Shown: positions 57,464-64,000 of the stretch, piece by piece
How the letters are laid out: the number at the start of each line of letters is the position of its first letter
Numbering within the stretch: the first letter of the stretch is position 1
DNA from: a virus
IMG/VR virus record: IMGVR_UViG_3300025759_000072
Coordinates: 1 to 64,000 of that record
Reading direction: 5' to 3' (one strand)
DNA length: 64,000 nt
Program-made: the position numbers and the translations under genes
The notes under the pieces: model-generated
What the model was told of the DNA's origin: nothing
Seen by the model: the letters and a program-made list of their open reading frames with translations, nothing else
Databases searched by the model: none

Positions 57464-58330
57464 TTAGAACTCCTGAATCACGTCCATAAGATTTTTCAAT
57501 CTATTCTGAACAAAATAGTTAAATAATTTATCTCTACGATTACATTTATAATTTTCAAACTTTTCAAGTACCTGATCTTGAATCTCTTGAGGTACAAAAT
57601 CAAGATTTACAAGTTGCTCATTGCGTCGATAGTTGCGAAGCATTCTTTCATTACAAAAGTCTTCCGGTGAATGACCGTTCCAACCATCGATCTTTTTAGC
57701 AGACAAAGGTTTCTGTCTCTTATCAACAACGAACGTATCGTCATCTGACAAAAAGTTAGGAACACCATCACCTCTATCGCCACGAAGAATATGCTCATGC
57801 ATGTAACGAGCAGGATTGCTACACGTCACAAACTTCTTTTGCATTGGGCTGTACTGTTCAACGTTAGCATACTTCTGTAACTGAACAAAGTCTTTATCAG
57901 ATGAAAGAATCAGAATCGGTTCAGATGATCCATTCGTAACACCAAGATGCCCATACTCATGACAGATGGTAGCAATGATATCATCAGCCTCTGCTCTATC
58001 AATCTGTATTACCTTGTAAGGGAAAACTTCTTTGAGATCATCACGAATACCATTGAGCACTTCAAAGATCGTATGCCAGTCAAGACCTGACTCTTCACGA
58101 TCCTTCTTACGATGATGCTTATAGTATGGAAAAATATCTCGACGCCAGTAGTTCTTATCATCACAACAGATAACAAGTTCGCCATACTTCTCGCCAAACT
58201 TATTACGATATAGACGAAGAGAGTTGAGTACCATATGCCGAACCAAGTCAGGTTCGATAGGTACGTTTTTACCTCCAATCTGTTTCATAAGATTGGAAAT
58301 CATAACTTGATTTAAATCAACGAGTATCAT
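57464..58330 (-). CDS. rnh: T4-type RNase H (5'-3' exonuclease)
   Basis: MILVDLNQ..RHMVLNS..YWRRDIFPYYK..EADDII..SSDKDF.QL..GDRGDGVPN; promoter TTGACT-17-TATAAT at 58363-58391. Confidence 0.95.
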   Translation of the reverse strand: MILVDLNQVMISNLMKQIGGKNVPIEPDLVRHMVLNSLRLYRNKFGEKYGELVICCDDKNYWRRDIFPYYKHHRKKDREESGLDWHTIFEVLNGIRDDLKEVFPYKVIQIDRAEADDIIATICHEYGHLGVTNGSSEPILILSSDKDFVQLQKYANVEQYSPMQKKFVTCSNPARYMHEHILRGDRGDGVPNFLSDDDTFVVDKRQKPLSAKKIDGWNGHSPEDFCNERMLRNYRRNEQLVNLDFVPQEIQDQVLEKFENYKCNRRDKLFNYFVQNRLKNLMDVIQEF

Positions 58331-58380
58331 TTTTTATCTCAGTTTCAATTCAATATACTATTATTATATATTATTATGAT

Positions 58381-58746
58381 TTAGAAGTCAATATCTTCTT
58401 CGTCTGTTTCTGAAACAAAATTCATCCTATCAATCTCTTCATTCGTTAACACTTCATATACTTTATCGATGTGACTTTGCAATGGATGTGGCATATTTAA
58501 AGTACCATAAACCGTTGAACGAAGACACTCAATCGTAAACGAATAACGATCAATGAAACTATCTTCAAAGATAGGAAATCCATGTATACCGATTTTATTG
58601 ATCAACTGTGTAGCATAGTGATCTACTATCTCATCAATGAATGCTTTCTTATTCTCATCCATAAAATCTCCAAGCTGCTCCTTATCCATAACCTTTGGGT
58701 TTGGAGACAGCAAGGGGAATTTGATTACATTGTTTGCTTGTGTCAT
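58381..58746 (-). CDS. Hypothetical protein
   Basis: NNVIKFP start; HPLQ motif. Confidence 0.6.
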   Translation of the reverse strand: MTQANNVIKFPLLSPNPKVMDKEQLGDFMDENKKAFIDEIVDHYATQLINKIGIHGFPIFEDSFIDRYSFTIECLRSTVYGTLNMPHPLQSHIDKVYEVLTNEEIDRMNFVSETDEEDIDF

Positions 58747-59894
58747 TTAATTACTTTGAGCAAGATAGTTTCCTTATTCAACCTTCCGTTCATAGATGCT
58801 TCTTTTGTATTTATTTCATCCATGACTTTGTTCATAACTCTTTTACCACCAGTCAGAACACGAGGTAGAATTTGGTCAGGTTTACGGAGTTTCTTACGAA
58901 CAGAGTTCTCTTCATCGTAACCCTGTAGTGTGGTTCCTTTGATAGAAAATCCTGCAGGACCCAACGCATCATATCGAGTGAGCAATCGGTACTTAGTGTT
59001 GAAAGTCCACAACTGATTCGCTCCGATAATATCAGCAGGATTGATACTGACTAACTTGAACTCAGCAGCATCCTTTTGATACTGCACTTTAGCAATCTGT
59101 TTTTGTAAAGACGCAGGTTTCTTTGCGCGAGTTTTACGAACCGTTTTCTGATTCTGTGATTGCTTACGAGCATCATCTACAATCATACGAACGAAATCGA
59201 TGAACCGAGTTACCCCACGAGGTTTCATATTAGAGTAACCTTCAGTGAGTTGTTCGTCAGATTTTGACTTAACCTCTTCCAGTTCAGACAGCAGAGGTTC
59301 ATAGTGATCAGCGATAGCATTTGCCTGTTGCGATTTAACCTCTTTGCTACGCAACCATGCATACATATCAAACTCAGATTTATATTTGTTTTCAGTAAAA
59401 ATATCAATCTCGTTTTCTAATTCTGCAATGTATTCACTGATCTGCTCACGAATACGATCTTGAATGGAAACGACGGGCGCTTTTCGTTTTTCCTGCTTCT
59501 TGATTTCAGACACAACTTTCTTAGCGAGTTTCAGATATCCTTCAATTTTATCATTGAAGAACTCCTGACTCTCGCTCGGCATTTTGCATCCGTTCGCGAC
59601 CATACGCGCCTGATAACAGACAGTAGGGCTGATCTTATCGCTTACCTTGCGAAGCTGTGCGACCTCTTTCTTGTTACGAGGATAATTATCGAACAGCAAT
59701 TTAAGAGCATCCTTCTGGTTGTAGAAATAGTTGTACCAGTTGTATGCTTTTAACATATCCATAGATGTAACTTCAACATCTGTCCACGTAGGTTCATCAC
59801 CAAGATACTTGGTGTCAAAAGATTTCGGTCCAGAACGAACCTTCTTCTTTCGTTTTACAGCAAGAGTACTTTTAGCCATTATGACTCCTTTCAT
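58743..59894 (-). CDS. Conserved early protein of T4-like phages
   Basis: YLGDEP, AYNWYNY, SIQDR, LVSINP..IIGA..LW.FNTKYR, KGTTL, NGRLN; early promoter 59911-59939. Confidence 0.7.
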   Translation of the reverse strand: MKGVIMAKSTLAVKRKKKVRSGPKSFDTKYLGDEPTWTDVEVTSMDMLKAYNWYNYFYNQKDALKLLFDNYPRNKKEVAQLRKVSDKISPTVCYQARMVANGCKMPSESQEFFNDKIEGYLKLAKKVVSEIKKQEKRKAPVVSIQDRIREQISEYIAELENEIDIFTENKYKSEFDMYAWLRSKEVKSQQANAIADHYEPLLSELEEVKSKSDEQLTEGYSNMKPRGVTRFIDFVRMIVDDARKQSQNQKTVRKTRAKKPASLQKQIAKVQYQKDAAEFKLVSINPADIIGANQLWTFNTKYRLLTRYDALGPAGFSIKGTTLQGYDEENSVRKKLRKPDQILPRVLTGGKRVMNKVMDEINTKEASMNGRLNKETILLKVIK

Positions 59895-59969
59895 CTCTCA
59901 TCATATATACATTTTAGATGGAAAAGAAAAATAAGTCAATAGTTTTTTTAAAAAAAAATTTGTTTGAAA

Positions 59970-60932
59970 TCAAAGGGTTGCAAGAAAGTTTGACCATTCC
60001 CTTGCTCGGTTATCCCAGTTGAAGAAGTTATTCGCATAAATCTTTTGGAACTGGAGTTTCTGTGTATGCTGATCATGCCAATATTCATTCAACACAGCAT
60101 CAAACAATTGAGCGAACCGATTTGCATGGGTATTAGTATCTTCGTGCCACTGATATGTATTTGCGAAACCAGCAGTCGTTTCAGGAAGAGCAGCATAGTT
60201 TGGGCAAATAATACACACACCAGCACTCATCGCTTCCATAGCAGCAATACAAGATGTCTCTTGCCAGATGTTTGGATAAGCAAAGATATGTGCTTTCTTC
60301 AATGCTTCACGAACCTCATCGTTTGATACAGTACCATGATATGAGATACCAGGATGTTCTTTACATTTAGTAAACAACTCACGATACTGTTCATCTCGTT
60401 GTGGCCAGCCATAGATATTGAATGATGAATAAACGTCAAGATGAATCTTATCTTTCCATCCATTATCCCACAGATACTCATATACAGGAACAAGAAGTTC
60501 TAAACCACGATGTGGTGTTGTATGATAGATTAGATTGATTACACCATCGTTTGGTTTCTCGTGTTCTTCAATTGGCACGATTGCATTCTTGAGAACAACA
60601 GATTTAGAATATGGAATCTGATGGGCAAGATGATATGTCTGCCATTGATAATCAGAAACGAAAACAAGTTTCTCAAATCGATCTAAAGATGATTGGTCGC
60701 GAATATGTTGTACTTCAGGATCAGACCAAGTATCGTGCAACCACAACACATTCTTCTTATCTTTTGGAACTTCACGAACACGAGATGAGATGATATTGAT
60801 ATTATCTGGAATGTTGACACGAGAGAATAGACCCTCTCGCATCATTTCAGTACCGCCTTTAGCACCAACCACATTGCCATTTGAATCAATAGAACCAGAT
60901 TCTTCGTCCAGCCCTGTAATTGTAAATTTCAT
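59970..60932 (-). CDS. GT-B (GT4-like) glycosyltransferase
   Basis: GGTE, LWLHD, IYHTTPHRGL, AYPNIWQETSCIAAMEAMSAG (EX7E). Confidence 0.88.
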   Translation of the reverse strand: MKFTITGLDEESGSIDSNGNVVGAKGGTEMMREGLFSRVNIPDNINIISSRVREVPKDKKNVLWLHDTWSDPEVQHIRDQSSLDRFEKLVFVSDYQWQTYHLAHQIPYSKSVVLKNAIVPIEEHEKPNDGVINLIYHTTPHRGLELLVPVYEYLWDNGWKDKIHLDVYSSFNIYGWPQRDEQYRELFTKCKEHPGISYHGTVSNDEVREALKKAHIFAYPNIWQETSCIAAMEAMSAGVCIICPNYAALPETTAGFANTYQWHEDTNTHANRFAQLFDAVLNEYWHDQHTQKLQFQKIYANNFFNWDNRAREWSNFLATL

Positions 60933-60941
60933 TTTTTTTCC

Positions 60942-61190
60942 TTATACCATAACTGTCTGTACCGATGATACAGAATCAACACGGAAAGAACGCCATGCAT
61001 TCTTATCAATATCCCACACTGGAAGAACCGACTCATTCACTGTTCTATTTCTTTCAGGTTTGTCAACAGGTGCTGGAACAAGATCAGATTTCAGAGTACA
61101 ACGCATTACTCGTTCACTACCATCGACTTTTGTGAAAGCAACATCAGCAACATGTTTTTGAAGAATTTCATAAATTTCATTTCGTGTCAT
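60942..61190 (-). CDS. SH3-barrel/WYL_2-like protein
   Basis: FTKVDGSERVMRCTL..VWDIDKNAWRSFR. Confidence 0.8.
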   Translation of the reverse strand: MTRNEIYEILQKHVADVAFTKVDGSERVMRCTLKSDLVPAPVDKPERNRTVNESVLPVWDIDKNAWRSFRVDSVSSVQTVMV

Positions 61191-61298
61191 AATATTTGTC
61201 CTATATCTATAATAACTTCAACTATGTGAATAACGATTTCAATAATCAATAACACAATTATAATGTTATATGGTGTAAATGTAAATAAATTTTTAAAT

Positions 61299-61586
61299 CT
61301 ATTCACCAGAACTTATTTTCATCCTATAAGAAGAATTCTTTGGATCACCCCATACTTCAGTAGCAGGAACACGAATGAACGGCATCTTCTTAGCATCACC
61401 GCCAGTATTTGGCACAGTAAGCATTACACGCTTACCTTTCCGCCATGCTTTCTGTTGATTGATGATACGAAGCAAAGAATTTGCCATATACTCCCGACGC
61501 ATCGCTTTTGTTAATGATTTACTAACATTAGGGCGTTCGCCTTTAGAAATATATCCATTTGACTTACCGCCTTTTTTCTTACCCAT
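61299..61586 (-). CDS. Basic hypothetical protein
   Basis: YISKGERPNV..AWRKGKRVMLTVPN..PFIRV. Confidence 0.6.
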   Translation of the reverse strand: MGKKKGGKSNGYISKGERPNVSKSLTKAMRREYMANSLLRIINQQKAWRKGKRVMLTVPNTGGDAKKMPFIRVPATEVWGDPKNSSYRMKISSGE

Positions 61587-61587
61587 T

Positions 61588-61860
61588 TTAGTATTCCTCT
61601 TCTAATGTTTGAATGTATTCGTTGAGTTTATGTTGTAGAGATTTTTCACAATACTGATTGCCGTCTAAAAACCTGTGAGTTCTACAATCTTCCTGCTTTA
61701 TTTCACTGATCACGTGGTCTGTGGTTGTTTTTTCATCATTTATAATTGCTCCAATATCCCAGGTAGTTTTTGCGGTGCTTACTACGTTAAGTAATGGCGG
61801 CATTACACACCCTGATATTATTATACAAGCAATTAGAAAAATCATCAACCTTTTTGCCAA
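61588..61860 (-). CDS. Putative lipoprotein
   Basis: Lipobox-like IISGC; KTTTDHVIS..DC. Confidence 0.55.
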   Translation of the reverse strand: MAKRLMIFLIACIIISGCVMPPLLNVVSTAKTTWDIGAIINDEKTTTDHVISEIKQEDCRTHRFLDGNQYCEKSLQHKLNEYIQTLEEEY

Positions 61861-61893
61861 AACTCCACTCCAAATAATGCGCCTGCAACCACA

Positions 61894-62163
61894 CTATACT
61901 TCATCCGTGCCATTTTTTAATTTTTCAAATTTTTCTTTTTCCATATTATAACTTAGTACTTTTTCATATCCTTTTAGATGTTCTTCGATCTCAGCAATAT
62001 CTTCTTCTTTGTCTGATGAAAAAATACCATAAATTTCTGTATCATCAGTTCTATTTTGTAAATCTTTTCGCAAACTCTTATACTGATCTTTTAATAACTC
62101 TAGTACGATTTTATCTGCTGTTTCATAATCTATTTCAATATTAAACCCCATTATATCATACAT
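61894..62163 (-). CDS. Hypothetical protein
   Basis: Acidic ORF; start reassigned to MYDIMG. Confidence 0.5.
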   Translation of the reverse strand: MYDIMGFNIEIDYETADKIVLELLKDQYKSLRKDLQNRTDDTEIYGIFSSDKEEDIAEIEEHLKGYEKVLSYNMEKEKFEKLKNGTDEV

Positions 62164-62473
62164 CCTTTCCTGTATCAAGTTGTTTTCTAACCCATTCAAT
62201 CTTTTTGTCTTTAGTCCAGTCTTTAAGATAATCATTATCTTTGTCGAACAATTCCAACATCTCTTCTTCAGAGATAAGATTGTTATCTACAATATACTCG
62301 CCCATCCATTCCTGTGAGAACTCATCACACTCTTCCATATTTACTGTGTTATTTGCCCACTCAACCATATCTACTTCAGCATCAGGATTCATCTTCTGCA
62401 AATCATCCTTATGCATTACGTAACGCATACGATATGATGAAATACAGGTTACAACAACATAATCTTTACTCAT
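62156..62473 (-). CDS. Hypothetical protein
   Basis: YVVVTCISSYRMRYV..EFSQEWMGE..FDKDNDYL..W. Confidence 0.6.
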   Translation of the reverse strand: MSKDYVVVTCISSYRMRYVMHKDDLQKMNPDAEVDMVEWANNTVNMEECDEFSQEWMGEYIVDNNLISEEEMLELFDKDNDYLKDWTKDKKIEWVRKQLDTGKDV

Positions 62474-62696
62474 CTTTCTTTTCCATCATTTCACGATTTT
62501 TACAGTCTATTATTTCAGAAATTATTGGCGGCAAATTGTCTAAATTTTCCTCACGACCATGGTTACATCTGGGTCCCAAGCCCAGTGCTATAAGATTTGC
62601 CAAATACTTACAATCCTTACAGTACTCAAGTTTCACTACATATCTCTTTTCTGTAAAATACAGGTTACAACAACATAATCTTTACTCATCTTTCTT
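62440..62696. repeat. 41-bp perfect direct repeat flanking a small ORF
   Basis: aaatacaggttacaacaacataatctttactcatctttctt at 62440-62480 and 62656-62696. Confidence 0.92.
62466..62636 (-). CDS. 56-aa Cys-rich ORF between the direct repeats
   Basis: GTG start; (M)KLEYCKDCKYL..RC..DCKNREMMEKKDE*. Confidence 0.4.
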   Translation of the reverse strand: MKLEYCKDCKYLANLIALGLGPRCNHGREENLDNLPPIISEIIDCKNREMMEKKDE

Positions 62697-63104
62697 CTCC
62701 ACCATTTCACCATCACGAACAACGTAGTGTTTAACTTCACACATACTTGACTTAATATAAGCACGACCTCCGTCAATCATATTGCCGTTCTCAAACCGTT
62801 TATAATCATGGCGATGTGCGCTGTACTGTAGATTGCCATCATCATCTTCTATTAGACCAAACTCTGCTTGTTCAATCTTGTCAGCATTGGTAATCATAAG
62901 ATTATCATTAAATGCGTCACGAAAAAGACCAAAGTACCGATTACCAAACTCAGGGTGTGGAGTTTCTCTGTAAAAGATATCCATTGCTCGTGCTTCGCCT
63001 CTTAACGCACTGGTACACACATAGGTAACAGGAACACCATCTTTCTTAGAATAGAGTTCGCAAACCTTGTCAGTATCAAAAAGTGGTTCGTGTTGGATGT
63101 TCAT
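62682..63104 (-). CDS. Conserved hypothetical protein
   Basis: DIFYRETPHPEFGNRYFGL..YSAHRHDY..IDGGRAY; start MNIQHEP with AAGGA RBS. Confidence 0.65.
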   Translation of the reverse strand: MNIQHEPLFDTDKVCELYSKKDGVPVTYVCTSALRGEARAMDIFYRETPHPEFGNRYFGLFRDAFNDNLMITNADKIEQAEFGLIEDDDGNLQYSAHRHDYKRFENGNMIDGGRAYIKSSMCEVKHYVVRDGEMVEKKDE

Positions 63105-63339
63105 TGGGGTTCCTTTTGCTTGTTTTATCGTTTTTACGAGAAAGACAACTGTCGCATACAAAAATATTTAAAGTGCTTCCATCTAATGGATCAAAAAATG
63201 TAGAGCCATAATGGCCATACGTTAAGAAATGTAAACCTCCCACCGGTTGTAGGTCATCAATTTTTTCTAAAGGTATATCACAAACAATACAATTATAAGT
63301 CAATTGTTCAATCCCATAGTGATTCGTAGTATTTGCCAA
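63076..63339 (-). CDS. Zinc-ribbon hypothetical protein (start uncertain)
   Basis: CIVC...GHYGSTFFD...VCDSC. Confidence 0.5.
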   Translation of the reverse strand: MANTTNHYGIEQLTYNCIVCDIPLEKIDDLQPVGGLHFLTYGHYGSTFFDPLDGSTLNIFVCDSCLSRKNDKTSKRNPNEHPTRTTF

Positions 63340-63931
63340 ACAGTCTAAAACCGTTGCTCATACGTTCTTGGTGTTTCTTTCTACCTTCGTCGTCTGTCCA
63401 TTCAAAATGTCCGCCTAAGATTCCGTCACCTTCACCTTCAATATATGGACCGTAATAATCTTCTTCCCAGTCCTCACGGCACTTTTGTTCAAAAGCCCAA
63501 ATCATTTCGTTCAAGACCCAATCCCAGCGTTCGAAATGTTTGTCATCTACCTCGCCCTGTTCTTTCTGCTTCTTGGTAAGTTTCTTACCGTGTAGTTCCT
63601 TGGGTACATCTTCCAAATCAACATGTGGAGCACCGTGCTTGGTTTCCTTTAATTGTACTAGCATAGGCAAAATAATAGGAGCAAGAGTATGATCCATACT
63701 CCATGTGTCCCATGGATCAATACGCACTTTTACTTTTTGTGTTCGTCGATCAAACCAAATCCAGTTAAACACATTATAAACATCTTGCATACGATCTTCC
63801 ACCCAGTCAAGTGTGTTTTCAAATCGTGAATGCTCATTGGGCCAACTCACATAACCATACTTCTTGCTCATATAGTTCTCATAAACACGAGATCGGAGTC
63901 TGTTTGGATAAGAGCTTATTTTAACTTTCAT
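63308..63931 (-). CDS. Conserved phage hypothetical protein
   Basis: IDPWDTWSMDHTLAPIILPML.QL..RWDWVL.EMIWAF..NGFRLFGKYY..LWD. Confidence 0.7.
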   Translation of the reverse strand: MKVKISSYPNRLRSRVYENYMSKKYGYVSWPNEHSRFENTLDWVEDRMQDVYNVFNWIWFDRRTQKVKVRIDPWDTWSMDHTLAPIILPMLVQLKETKHGAPHVDLEDVPKELHGKKLTKKQKEQGEVDDKHFERWDWVLNEMIWAFEQKCREDWEEDYYGPYIEGEGDGILGGHFEWTDDEGRKKHQERMSNGFRLFGKYYESLWD

Positions 63932-64000
63932 AATCGCCTCAAATAATCCAATCTATGGCTAGCCAGTCTGTTTCTTCTGGCATCATTTCAACTTTGTCAC

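Overview
A 64-kb segment of an AT-rich T4-like myophage with the gene order of marine T4-like phages. 1-38,980 is the virion module: neck gp14/gp13, a ~14-kb mosaic array of fibre/adhesin genes, a 2,033-aa DUF4815-type protein, baseplate gp8/7/6/25/5/53/48, gp4, gp2, gp54-like, gp26, gp51 and a probable tape measure. Next come gp32/gp59/gp33 and an accessory/early region with a SleB hydrolase, a FecR-domain acidic protein, lipoproteins, DUF932, a promoter-repeat cassette array, a MotA/TolQ-type membrane trio, PhoH, DenV-like, RNase H and a glycosyltransferase. Elements not visible in the ORF track: (i) a circularly permuted two-piece tmRNA (tag ANDNYIEDYRLAA) pointing to an alphaproteobacterial host, and an unannotated 43-aa ArfA-like ORF, together suggesting phage-encoded ribosome rescue; (ii) a covarying structured leader shared by two unrelated homing endonuclease genes; (iii) a candidate -1 frameshift fusing gp26 to gp51 just before the tape measure gene; (iv) identical DNA seams at module junctions of the fibre paralogues. 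All assignments come from motif recognition and synteny; no searches were run.
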